Assembly: GCA_009992215.1 (NCBI GenBank)
Contig: JAACWB010000005.1
Span: 16,676-80,675, forward strand
Direction of reading: 5' to 3'
Origin: an archaeon
GTDB taxonomy: Archaea > Nanobdellota > Nanobdellia > Pacearchaeales > GW2011-AR1
DNA length: 64,000 bases
Position numbers and translations under genes: made by a program
Shown: piece after piece, positions 46,752-54,777 of the stretch
How the letters are laid out: every line of letters begins with the position of its first letter
Numbering within the stretch: position 1 is the first letter of the stretch
The notes under the pieces: generated by a model
The model's input: the letters and a program-made list of their open reading frames with translations, nothing else
What the model was told of the DNA's origin: nothing
The model's database searches: none

Positions 46752-48278
46752 TTAATTCTTGAATTGTCTTACCAAGTCCCCAAATGCTGGTCTTGTTATG
46801 AAAACACCAACGGAGATACCAATAATTGTTGTTATTGCAAATCCTTTCAATAAACCTGCTCCTGCCCACATTAAAGGAAGAAGAGAAACTAATGTTGTAA
46901 AATATGCTCCCATAATAATTGTAAATGCTCTCTTTAATCTTTGTTTCAAACTAAGAGTTATTGTATTTGTTGATTCATCCATAATTACAATTAAATCATC
47001 AACTCCAGTACCAATCGTTGCCAATATTCCTGCAATACCTGGTAAATCTAAATTCCATTTAATTAACGCTGCAATTCCAAGAACGATTATTACTTCTGAA
47101 ACTGTTGTTACAATTAAGGCCATTGATGACCTCCAGCTTCTGTATCTAATGAAAATAATTAATGAAACAACCAAAACTGCAATTAAACCTACAAATAAAA
47201 TCGAATTGATGAATTCGTCTCCTAATGTCGGTGAAATTGTGTCTAATTTAACAACTTCTAATTTGTAAGGTAGACTCCCAGTCATTAAAATTGTTTGAAG
47301 CTTTTTCATTTGTGCTTTTGCATCTTCATAAGCTTCTTCTTGTGAAGGTCCTGTTCCTGAACCTGAAATAGAAATTTGAGTTGTTACTCTTCCTTTCAAA
47401 CTTTCTCCAATCAGTAAACTGTCAACTAATTGATCATCTAAAACTAAATCTAATTTTTGTGATAAGTAATTTCCTTGTGCAGTTACATTAACTTCTAATT
47501 TATCAGTCATTTCTGCGTGTCTCTCAGCTGCAGCTCCACTTAAAGTTACAGCAAAAGAAAACCTACAAACATATCCGTCTCCCCCTTCGCTACATCCTTC
47601 AATTCTTGCATTTTGAGCGTCACGTCCAACTGAAGCGATATCTCTATTTCCTCCAATAAAAACTGTTTCATTCCCAATTTTAGCTTCAAATTTACCTTGT
47701 TCAGAAATTAATTTTTTCAAATCTTTTGGTGTTGCTCCTGCAATTTCAATTAACATAAAATTATTTCCACTCAAATCTGAAACAGGCATAACTTTCAAAT
47801 CTGTTAAACCAAATGCGTTTAATCTGTTTGAAGTAATATCAACTAAATCATTAATTTGGTCCGTTGTTAAAGTCATATTTTCTGCTTTGATTAATGCTCT
47901 TGAACCACCGGACAAATCTAATCCTAATTCAAGATTTGTTTTTTTCAAATTTCTAACTGTTACATCTGGAAATTCCGAGGCATAAAAAATAAATTCATTA
48001 TTGTCTGCAACTATTGTTGTTTTTTCTTCACCATTCAAATATTTTGTTTGGAGTATTTGGGAAAATGAAATTAAATCAGTTACTTCCTTTCCATCTACTG
48101 AAGTAATAACCATTCCTTGACGTAAACCTTGATCATAAAGTGAATTGTTTGCGCTTTCAATAGAACTAACAACAACCCCTGTTTGCATAAATTTTAGAGG
48201 TAAGCCAAAAATTGCAATTAGTGAAAAAGCTAAAAATATAATTAATAACCAAATTTTGAAAGTTAATTTTATTTTCAT
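46752..48278 (-). CDS. secD: Protein-export membrane protein SecD with an N-terminal PDZ-like insertion
   Basis: LGLDLSGGSRA start of the SecD head; C-terminal 6-TM block GILATIGTGVDDLIVIMDE. Residues about 35-100 show GLRQGMVITSVDGKEVTDLISF (PDZ-like). Confidence 0.85.
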   Translation of the reverse strand: MKIKLTFKIWLLIIFLAFSLIAIFGLPLKFMQTGVVVSSIESANNSLYDQGLRQGMVITSVDGKEVTDLISFSQILQTKYLNGEEKTTIVADNNEFIFYASEFPDVTVRNLKKTNLELGLDLSGGSRALIKAENMTLTTDQINDLVDITSNRLNAFGLTDLKVMPVSDLSGNNFMLIEIAGATPKDLKKLISEQGKFEAKIGNETVFIGGNRDIASVGRDAQNARIEGCSEGGDGYVCRFSFAVTLSGAAAERHAEMTDKLEVNVTAQGNYLSQKLDLVLDDQLVDSLLIGESLKGRVTTQISISGSGTGPSQEEAYEDAKAQMKKLQTILMTGSLPYKLEVVKLDTISPTLGDEFINSILFVGLIAVLVVSLIIFIRYRSWRSSMALIVTTVSEVIIVLGIAALIKWNLDLPGIAGILATIGTGVDDLIVIMDESTNTITLSLKQRLKRAFTIIMGAYFTTLVSLLPLMWAGAGLLKGFAITTIIGISVGVFITRPAFGDLVRQFKN

Positions 48279-49147
48279 TTTTTAGCCTCCACATACCATT
48301 TCAATATTGAAACATTTGTTACCCAAGTGTTTAGTAAATCAAAAGCTAAACCAATTACTAAGATTGTGAAAATTTGAGTTAATACAATTGAGAAAGACCT
48401 AACAACAAAAAGTGCAACTAAAAATGCGAAAAAGGATGTTAATGTCATTGTCATACCTGTTTTCATTGAACCAAAGATTCTGCTATTTAATGAACCTTCA
48501 CTTCTTTTTAGCATTCTTGTAGTAAGTAAAATATCTGTATCTACTGAATAACCAATAAGCATAAGGAATGCTACAATTCCTGCAGTTGACATCTTCATTC
48601 CAAAAAGATTGAATGTTACTAGTGTCATTAAAATATCTGCAAAAGCGGAAATAATTACTGCTGTTGAAGGAACAACTGTTTTGAAAAGTATGAAAACAAC
48701 AATTGCCATAAATGCAAATGCTATTAATATAGCTAAAAGTAATTGTTTGTAAAATGCTTCACTTAAAATTGAACCTGTGAATTCAAAATCTGAATTCTCT
48801 CCTTCAACTAAAGAATAACCAACATATTCTTCAACTATATTTTTTGCTGAATCTCCATCAAGAGTCGTCTCTATTATTACTGCTTTTTGTTCTCCGGTTG
48901 TTATTTCATAAATTTCTCTTACATTTAAGTCGGGTAATTTATCAGCTAAGGAATTTTGCAAATCTAAAACATCAATTTTATCATAAACTGTTATTGAAGT
49001 TCCACCTGTCAAGGAAATATCTTTTTTTACAAAATCCCCTGTTGTTGAATTAAAATAAATTAAGTAACCTATTGAAAAAAGTAGTAAAACTAACGGAAGT
49101 AGTAATAATTTCTTGTAATTTCTATCGTGCCAATTACGGTTTTCCAT
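48275..49147 (-). CDS. secF: Protein-export membrane protein SecF
   Basis: AGIVAFLMLIGYSVDTDILLTTRMLKR. 4-nt overlap with secD. First ATG at 49147 (the track starts at a TTG at 49153). Confidence 0.85.
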   Translation of the reverse strand: MENRNWHDRNYKKLLLLPLVLLLFSIGYLIYFNSTTGDFVKKDISLTGGTSITVYDKIDVLDLQNSLADKLPDLNVREIYEITTGEQKAVIIETTLDGDSAKNIVEEYVGYSLVEGENSDFEFTGSILSEAFYKQLLLAILIAFAFMAIVVFILFKTVVPSTAVIISAFADILMTLVTFNLFGMKMSTAGIVAFLMLIGYSVDTDILLTTRMLKRSEGSLNSRIFGSMKTGMTMTLTSFFAFLVALFVVRSFSIVLTQIFTILVIGLAFDLLNTWVTNVSILKWYVEAKK

Positions 49148-49212
49148 TATCAAAAGAAAAACTCTCTATATATAAAGGTTATTGGATTAGAAATTATTCT
49201 CATTTTTTAATT

Positions 49213-49336
49213 AATAAAAAAGAAAATGAAACGCTCAAATTTCTTTCTTTGAAATTTGGCAAAAACAAGCTTAGACTTCGCTTAAATCTTGTTTTGACGA
49301 CTTGTCGTCTTTTAATGAATAAAAAAGAAAATGAAA
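49213..49336 (-). repeat. Direct repeat AATAAAAAAGAAAATGAAA at 49213-49231 and 49318-49336 (5S trailer)
   Basis: Exact 19-mers 105 nt apart. Extends to 27 nt with one mismatch when the flanks are included. Confidence 0.9.
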
Positions 49337-49446
49337 GACGACTTGAACAGTTCGCGTCTTGCGGGACACTACCATGGACAACGTAGGAAGCTTAACTTCT
49401 GTGTTCGGAAAGGGAACAGGTGTTTCCAACCTACTATGGCCGTCTT
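49335..49446 (-). rRNA. rrf: 5S ribosomal RNA
   Basis: Minus strand: AAGACGGCCATAGTAGGTTGGAAACACCTGTTCCCTTTCCGAACACAGAAGTTAAGCTTCCTACGTTGTCCATGGTAGTGTCCCGCAAGACGCGAACTGTTCAAGTCGTCTT. Contains the CCGAAC...GAAGTTAAGC core, and the ends pair (helix I). Confidence 0.85.
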
Positions 49447-49466
49447 CAAATTTAGAGAAGCAATTG

Positions 49467-49490
49467 GGTTTATAAAGTTTTTTATAGGGG
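49467..49490. promoter_or_regulatory. Divergent TATA pair for 5S rRNA (minus) and tRNA-Leu (plus)
   Basis: GGGTTTATAAAGTT (minus reads AACTTTATAAACCC, about 27 nt from the 5S 5' end). TTTTTTATAGGGG lies about 26 nt upstream of tRNA-Leu. Confidence 0.45.
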
Positions 49491-49509
49491 TAATTTCTGT
49501 AAATATTAT

Positions 49510-49592
49510 GCAGGAGTGCCAGAGTGGTCAAATGGGCTAGATTAAGGATCTAGTGGTGTATTCCTACGCAGGTTCGAATCCTGTCTCTTGCA
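49510..49592 (+). tRNA. tRNA-Leu, anticodon read as AAG (class II)
   Basis: GCAGGAG-TG-CCAG-AGTGGTCAA-ATGG-G-CTAGA-TTAAGGA-TCTAG-(14-nt variable)-GCAGG-TTCGAAT-CCTGT-CTCTTGC-A. Confidence 0.8.
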
Positions 49593-49667
49593 TTATTTGT
49601 CTGGGTAACTCGGCTCGCAAGCTTAATTGCAGTTAAGTTACTCTAGACAATGAAAGCAATTAAACAT

Positions 49668-49743
49668 GCCTGGGTAACTCAGTCTGGATTAGAGTGCCAC
49701 CCTCCTAAGGTGGAAGTCGCAGGTTCAAATCCTGCCTCGGGCG
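49668..49743 (+). tRNA. tRNA-Arg (anticodon CCT)
   Basis: GCCTGGG-TA-ACTC-AGTCTGGATTA-GAGT-G-CCACC-CTCCTAA-GGTGG-AAGTC-GCAGG-TTCAAAT-CCTGC-CTCGGGC-G. Confidence 0.9.
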
Positions 49744-49850
49744 TTTTAATTTGAACCAAGACGTCGCAGGCTAACAACTTTGAAATTTTAATAAATGAAT
49801 ATAATGAATTTAAGAAATTTCACAAGTTGATAGTAAAATCCTGCCTCGGG
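49727..49850 (+). repeat. Direct repeat AAATCCTGCCTCGGG (tRNA-Arg 3' end) at 49727-49741 and 49836-49850
   Basis: Exact 15-mers 109 nt apart. Confidence 0.9.
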
Positions 49851-49854
49851 AGTT

Positions 49855-50328
49855 TTATGCTATAAAGGTTAAGATTATTGCAACATAAAAAAGAGTTATC
49901 AGCTGTGTTGTTATAAAATATTTTGCTGAAATTTCATAATTATTCTTTAATTTGAAAGTTACATAAATAAAAATTATCCATTCTAAAAATAATACATGAA
50001 AATAAATAAAAAATTGATTAAAAAAAGTTATTGCAAGTGTTCTAACTCCTGCGATAATAACAAAAGACAAAACCATGTTGAATAAAAATATAGAAAAATA
50101 TTCTTTTCTTCTTTCTATTGCCCCAATTCTAATTTTTCTTGTTAATTTTTTTGAAAATTCTGAAAAGACAAAACCAAAACTAAGCCCAATAAACCAAGAG
50201 ATATATGGCTTAATATATGTAAAAATTGTCTCGAAGATGTTAAAATAATATAACTCAAAAAAAGTTATAATTCCCATTAAAAAAAATAAAGAAAATTCCA
50301 ATAAAAAGAAATTTTTCTTTTCACTCAT
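49855..50328 (-). CDS. Hypothetical polytopic membrane protein (157 aa)
   Basis: Four to five hydrophobic segments; no motif recognised. Confidence 0.4.
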   Translation of the reverse strand: MSEKKNFFLLEFSLFFLMGIITFFELYYFNIFETIFTYIKPYISWFIGLSFGFVFSEFSKKLTRKIRIGAIERRKEYFSIFLFNMVLSFVIIAGVRTLAITFFNQFFIYFHVLFLEWIIFIYVTFKLKNNYEISAKYFITTQLITLFYVAIILTFIA

Positions 50329-50411
50329 TGAAAGAATAGGAAAATTAAATTTAATAACTTATTTACTAAATCGTAAGATTTATTAAACCAAAATGTAAAA
50401 TATACTTGTAA

Positions 50412-50482
50412 GCGTGGATAGTTCAGTGGCAGAATCTCTGGCTTCCAACCAGATGACCTGGGTTCGAATCCCAGTCCGCGCA
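50412..50482 (+). tRNA. tRNA-Gly (anticodon TCC)
   Basis: GCGTGGA-TA-GTTC-AGTGGCA-GAAT-C-TCTGG-CTTCCAA-CCAGA-TGAC-CTGGG-TTCGAAT-CCCAG-TCCGCGC-A. Confidence 0.9.
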
Positions 50483-50609
50483 TATTCTTACTGGTCTTCG
50501 AACGAGACGTCATATTTTGGGTCGATTGGAAAACGACTCATCCAAAATATTCCATCAAGCCAATTATTCTTTCAGAAAAATCGACTTATCCCAAGTCCGC
50601 GCATATTCT
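50473..50609 (+). repeat. Direct repeat AGTCCGCGCATATTCT (tRNA-Gly 3' end plus 6 nt of trailer) at 50473-50488 and 50594-50609
   Basis: Exact 16-mers 121 nt apart. Confidence 0.9.
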
Positions 50610-50643
50610 AAATTTTTATTAATCTAAACTAGTTCTTGTAATA

Positions 50644-50904
50644 ATGAAAGAGAAAATTTCTAAAACTGAAGCAAAAGAGAAGATTAAAGAATTTTTTGAT
50701 AAAATTAAATCAAAGAGTCCAAAAGAAGTTTTGAAAATAAAAAAATTATCCATGAAAAATAGAATTCCATTGGGTATAAATAAAAAACTTTTTTGTTCTG
50801 ATTGCTTTGAACCCTACTTGGGAAATGAAAAAATTAGAATAACCAAAGGATTCAAAACAGTTACTTGTGAAAAATGTGGAAAAGTTAAAAAAATTAAATT
50901 ATAA
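50644..50904 (+). CDS. rnp4: RNase P protein component 4 (Rpp21/Rpr2-like)
   Basis: Helical Lys-rich N-terminus, then zinc ribbon FCSDCFEPYLGNEKIRITKGFKTVTCEKCGKVKKI. Confidence 0.65.
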   Translation: MKEKISKTEAKEKIKEFFDKIKSKSPKEVLKIKKLSMKNRIPLGINKKLFCSDCFEPYLGNEKIRITKGFKTVTCEKCGKVKKIKL

Positions 50905-50949
50905 AATATTCGTAATAATTTAAATAAAGTAAAAAAGCAAATACAATTT

Positions 50950-51120
50950 ATGATCACACAAATTAGGCTTTTTGGATTTATCAGCTTTTTTTTATTATTG
51001 ACAACAATAACTATGGGTATCCTTCTACATAAAGGTAAAATTAATTTTAAAATTCACCTTCTCTTTGCCCTGACAACATTACTCGTTACAATAATTCATT
51101 TCATATTGTATTATTTTTAG
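50950..51120 (+). CDS. Possible small membrane protein (56 aa, below the ORF-track cutoff)
   Basis: Own translation: MITQIRLFGFISFFLLLTTITMGILLHKGKINFKIHLLFALTTLLVTIIHFILYYF. Two hydrophobic helices. Confidence 0.3.
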   Translation: MITQIRLFGFISFFLLLTTITMGILLHKGKINFKIHLLFALTTLLVTIIHFILYYF

Positions 51121-51121
51121 A

Positions 51122-51802
51122 ATGAAAATAAACGCGACAATAAATTATTTGAAAAAGAAGAAAAAGATTTTATTTTTGACAACTTCTAATAGATGGGAAA
51201 AGGGAAGAGAAAAACCAAAGAGTACTGAACTTGCATTACTTCTTGCAAAAAAACTTGGAAAAAAAGTGAGGGTAATTGATGTATCAAAGATAAAAATTTA
51301 TCCTTGCGAGGGAAATGTTTCTTCAAAGAAAGGAAATTATTGTGGAGTTAAAGGAGCATTACTAAAAGACAAGAGAAAAAATCCAAGTCAAAATCACAGA
51401 TGTTGGGCATCAATAAATAACAAAGATGATGAACTTTGGAAAATCACAAAAAAATTATTTGATTCTGACGTTATTTTATTTTTTGGTTCTGTTCGTTGGG
51501 GAAATATGGATTCTATTTATCAAAGATTAATTGAGAGACTTACATTTATTGAAAATAGACATTCAACGCTTAAAGGAGAAAATATTCTCAAGGGAAAAGA
51601 AGTTGGAGTTATTGCTATTGGGCACAACTGGAACGGAGAAAATGTGATTAAAACACAAAAAAAAGTGTTAAAATTTTTCGGATTTGATACTCCAAAAGAA
51701 TTATCTTGGAATTGGCAATACACAGAAAATGAAAATGATGAGAGTCAAGAAAATTATAAAAAAGCTTATTTGAAATTTGAAAAAGAATTAAATTCTAAGT
51801 GA
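51122..51802 (+). CDS. Flavodoxin-like fold protein (NAD(P)H-dependent FMN reductase family, tentative)
   Basis: KKILFLTTSNRWEK...DVILFFGSVRWGNMDSIYQRLIERL resembles the FMN_red/flavodoxin_2 layout. Confidence 0.4.
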   Translation: MKINATINYLKKKKKILFLTTSNRWEKGREKPKSTELALLLAKKLGKKVRVIDVSKIKIYPCEGNVSSKKGNYCGVKGALLKDKRKNPSQNHRCWASINNKDDELWKITKKLFDSDVILFFGSVRWGNMDSIYQRLIERLTFIENRHSTLKGENILKGKEVGVIAIGHNWNGENVIKTQKKVLKFFGFDTPKELSWNWQYTENENDESQENYKKAYLKFEKELNSK

Positions 51803-52526
51803 ATTTATTGAGTACATCCATATATTTTTTGTTTAATCCTCCTAAACGAAATATCACTACTTTTTTGAATCCCTTGTTTTTTACAAATTCTAAATCTTTT
51901 TCCAAATTTTTTGGAGAAAGTATTGGCTCATTTCCCAAAATTCCAATTGCGATTGTTCCGAGGGAAATTGAGTAATTGTCTTTGTTACTTATTTTATTCA
52001 AATTTCTTTTAATTATTTTATTTACTTTTAGTTTCATCATACTTGAATACCACATAATACTTCGTTCATAATCTATATTATAATTAAGTCCTAGAAGTTT
52101 CATGAAATTTGAAATAAATGCAAAAGGATATTCTGCAGTTGTTACTCTTTCTTTATTCTTTTCTAAAAAATTCTTTATTAATTTTTTATTTTTTCTGAAG
52201 GAGAAAATATTTTTGAAATACATTTTCCATCTTGATTTAAGTGGAAGCTCCAAATCAATTAAAAGAGGATTTTTTATTTTATCTAATTCTGTGAATAACT
52301 CTATCAAATCTTTTTTGTTTGCAAAAGGGGAAATCCAATAAGAATTTTTTACAACTGGCCAATATGCAATATCTAAATCTTTTTTGTATTTTCTTGCAAG
52401 AGATTCATATTTTTTGAATTCTTTTATGGATTTACTTGCAATGAATATTTTAGTTGGAAATTTGACTAATTTTAATTTAGATAAATTTTCTTCATTTGGA
52501 AATTCTTCATAAAATTCTATTTTCAT
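51795..52526 (-). CDS. Hypothetical protein (243 aa)
   Basis: ORF with a 4-nt overlap to the upstream hydrolase gene. Confidence 0.4.
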   Translation of the reverse strand: MKIEFYEEFPNEENLSKLKLVKFPTKIFIASKSIKEFKKYESLARKYKKDLDIAYWPVVKNSYWISPFANKKDLIELFTELDKIKNPLLIDLELPLKSRWKMYFKNIFSFRKNKKLIKNFLEKNKERVTTAEYPFAFISNFMKLLGLNYNIDYERSIMWYSSMMKLKVNKIIKRNLNKISNKDNYSISLGTIAIGILGNEPILSPKNLEKDLEFVKNKGFKKVVIFRLGGLNKKYMDVLNKFT

Positions 52527-53080
52527 TCTTCAAAAAACCTCTTTATTTTTTTAAAAATTTGTTTATCTTCTTGTATAGTGAAATGAAAAAAGTTCCAAAT
52601 AGTTCTAGGATTTTCTCCTTTTCCAGATTTTCCCGGAACTAAAATATCAAAAGGACAATAAAAATTAATTATTTTATTTTTACCTAATCTTTTTGATTTT
52701 ATTTTATTCAATAATTTTGAATCTTTAGATAATTGTTTTAATCCTTTCAAATTTTTAGAATAAAATTTAGTAATATATGTTCCATTTAAGGGGGAACAAA
52801 CTGTTGCTATTTTGTTTATTTTTTTTGAATTTTCAAATTTTGAATAATATTCTGCAATAATTCCCCCTGCGCTTATTCCAATAAGGTTAACAGTTTCTTT
52901 TGATTCCGTATTTTTTATTATAAATTTGTCTAGATCCTTTGCAATTTCTTCGATTGTTTGTGTTAAACTAGAATTATATTCAAAACATAAAACAGGTGTT
53001 CTCAAAATTTGCTTTGCTATTCTGGATTGAGCAATATAACCTTTAAACCCATAAATAAAAATAGTCTTTTTCATAAACAA
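52523..53080 (-). CDS. Alpha/beta hydrolase (lipase/esterase-like)
   Basis: Nucleophile elbow NLIGISAGG (GxSxG). Confidence 0.55.
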   Translation of the reverse strand: MFMKKTIFIYGFKGYIAQSRIAKQILRTPVLCFEYNSSLTQTIEEIAKDLDKFIIKNTESKETVNLIGISAGGIIAEYYSKFENSKKINKIATVCSPLNGTYITKFYSKNLKGLKQLSKDSKLLNKIKSKRLGKNKIINFYCPFDILVPGKSGKGENPRTIWNFFHFTIQEDKQIFKKIKRFFEE

Positions 53081-53098
53081 CCAAATAAAAAAATATAT

Positions 53099-53296
53099 TT
53101 AAGCTTTCTTGAAGTTAGAAACTAATTCAATTGTGTCTGCTTGACCAAGGAATTGTTTTCTACAACAGTATCTTTCAACACCTAATTCTTCTAAAACCTT
53201 TTTTTTGTCTTCACCATCAGCTACTCTACGCTTGTATTCTTCCCACAAGTGTCCGATTGGCTTTCCGCATGAAAAACATCTAACTGGAATTATCAT
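53099..53296 (-). CDS. rpoN: DNA-directed RNA polymerase subunit N (Rpo10)
   Basis: MIIPVRCFSCGKPIGHLWEEY...RYCCRKQFL. Confidence 0.9.
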   Translation of the reverse strand: MIIPVRCFSCGKPIGHLWEEYKRRVADGEDKKKVLEELGVERYCCRKQFLGQADTIELVSNFKKA

Positions 53297-53429
53297 ATTA
53301 ATATTCGCATCTTTTGGTTTTTAAAGGTTACGATTAAAATTAATTGTATATTTTCTAAGAAGATAAATGTTTAAAAAGTAAAAAGTTTTTTTGACTAAAG
53401 TAAAGGAGAATCGCCTAGCGAAAAAGAGG

Positions 53430-53597
53430 ATGACAAGAAAATGCATTTATTGTAACCAAGCAGTTTCTGATGATAGTGTAATAGACTTTTGTGATTCTTG
53501 TGGTATTCGTGTTTGGGGAGACAAAATGTTTAGAACAATCAAAGAAAGTATGGAAGGAGCAAGAGCAAACGGTACACTTTGTAATTCAGAATTATAG
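53430..53597 (+). CDS. Small zinc-ribbon protein (55 aa from the first ATG)
   Basis: CIYCNQ...CDSCG. The ATG at 53430 is preceded by AAAGAGG; the track starts at a TTG at 53391. Confidence 0.45.
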   Translation: MTRKCIYCNQAVSDDSVIDFCDSCGIRVWGDKMFRTIKESMEGARANGTLCNSEL

Positions 53598-53674
53598 AGA
53601 GTAACTAATTCTAAAATTGATATCTCTTGTCTAGAAGGACAAGGTTTTTAAAGGGAAATTTTCTCAACTAGATT

Positions 53675-53944
53675 ATGGTAAGAAGAAAAGAAATAAGGAC
53701 TAGAGGAAAATTTTCCTTTTCGAGGTATTTTCAAAGATTCAAAGAAGGAGATAATGTAGCAGTTGTTAGAGAAGTTTCTCTAGTTGCAAGTTTCCCAAAA
53801 AGATTACAAGGTCGAACTGGAGTAGTTATTGGAAAACGAGGAAAATCATACATTGTTAAAATTAAAGATCAAGCAAAACCGAAGGATTATTTGATTGCAC
53901 CAGTACATTTAAAAAAGATAAAACAAATTGAGAAAGTACAATGA
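53675..53944 (+). CDS. rpl21e: 50S ribosomal protein eL21
   Basis: RTRGKFSFSRYFQRFKEGDNVAVV...LQGRTGVVIGKRGKSYIV. Confidence 0.9.
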   Translation: MVRRKEIRTRGKFSFSRYFQRFKEGDNVAVVREVSLVASFPKRLQGRTGVVIGKRGKSYIVKIKDQAKPKDYLIAPVHLKKIKQIEKVQ

Positions 53945-54237
53945 TTAAAGGAAATAAAGCACTAAGTATGGCAGAAGCACAAGAATATATTAGTGAAAAT
54001 AATCCTGAAATTAATGCATTTGTAAAAAATTTTACAAAATTAACATTCGAGCAAGGAAAGGAAATGAGAGAAAAATTACTTTCACTTGATTTAATTAAAC
54101 TAAACGAAAAACACATTTCAAAAATAATTGATGTGCTACCAGAAGACAAAGACGAATTGAATAAGGTTTTGTCTGATGTAAACTTTGACGAAAATGAGAT
54201 TAATAACATATTATCAACAATTAAAGAATTCAAATAG
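53941..54237 (+). CDS. rpoF: RNA polymerase subunit F (Rpo4)
   Basis: Conserved archaeal synteny L21e-RpoF-DUF655, size, helical pattern, and a 4-nt overlap with rpl21e. Confidence 0.6.
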   Translation: MIKGNKALSMAEAQEYISENNPEINAFVKNFTKLTFEQGKEMREKLLSLDLIKLNEKHISKIIDVLPEDKDELNKVLSDVNFDENEINNILSTIKEFK

Positions 54238-54242
54238 AGAAA

Positions 54243-54776
54243 ATGAGAGAAGACAATGCAATTATACTAGAATATTTACCAAACGGTTATCCGTTGGAAA
54301 AGAAAATGATGCCAATAGCTCAAGCTATCGGAGAAAATAATTTCACTCTTCTAGAATTAGTTCCTAGGAGAGGAGTACCACTCGAGATTGGAGAGAAAGT
54401 CTACATTGGAGAAGGTAAACGAGATAAAGTTTATTATATCCTTGGAAGACTTAAGAGAGAAAAGTTAACAGAATCTGCTAAAGTTCAACTTCAAGAGACA
54501 ATTAAAGAAGCTGTGAAATTGAATGAAGCAAAATTCGTTAAGTTTTTTAATGAAGCTCCCGCAATCAATAAGAGACTGCATCAAATTGAACTTTTGCCTG
54601 GCCTAGGTAAAAAACATATGCAGGAAATAATCAAGCAAAGAGAAGAGAAGGAATTTGAATCTTTTGCTGAGATGAAAAAAAGGGTTCCGAATCTACCTGA
54701 TCCTGAAAAGGCAGTAGAGAAAAGAATCTTTCAAGAACTAACAAACATAGAAAGGTACAACCTTTTCACACAATAA
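54243..54776 (+). CDS. DUF655 family protein (OB fold plus helix-hairpin-helix)
   Basis: EDNAIILEYLPNGYP...IELLPGLGKKHMQEIIKQRE. Confidence 0.7.
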   Translation: MREDNAIILEYLPNGYPLEKKMMPIAQAIGENNFTLLELVPRRGVPLEIGEKVYIGEGKRDKVYYILGRLKREKLTESAKVQLQETIKEAVKLNEAKFVKFFNEAPAINKRLHQIELLPGLGKKHMQEIIKQREEKEFESFAEMKKRVPNLPDPEKAVEKRIFQELTNIERYNLFTQ

Positions 54777-54777
54777 A

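Noticed and set aside
49072-49540. ORFs 49072-49386 (+), 49271-49531 (-) and 49331-49540 (+)
   Set aside because: They overlap the 5S rRNA gene, its trailer repeats and the start of tRNA-Leu, so they are artefacts of open frames across RNA genes.
50325-50611. ORFs 50325-50513 (-) and 50414-50611 (+)
   Set aside because: They overlap tRNA-Gly and its duplicated 3' end and are not credible as proteins.
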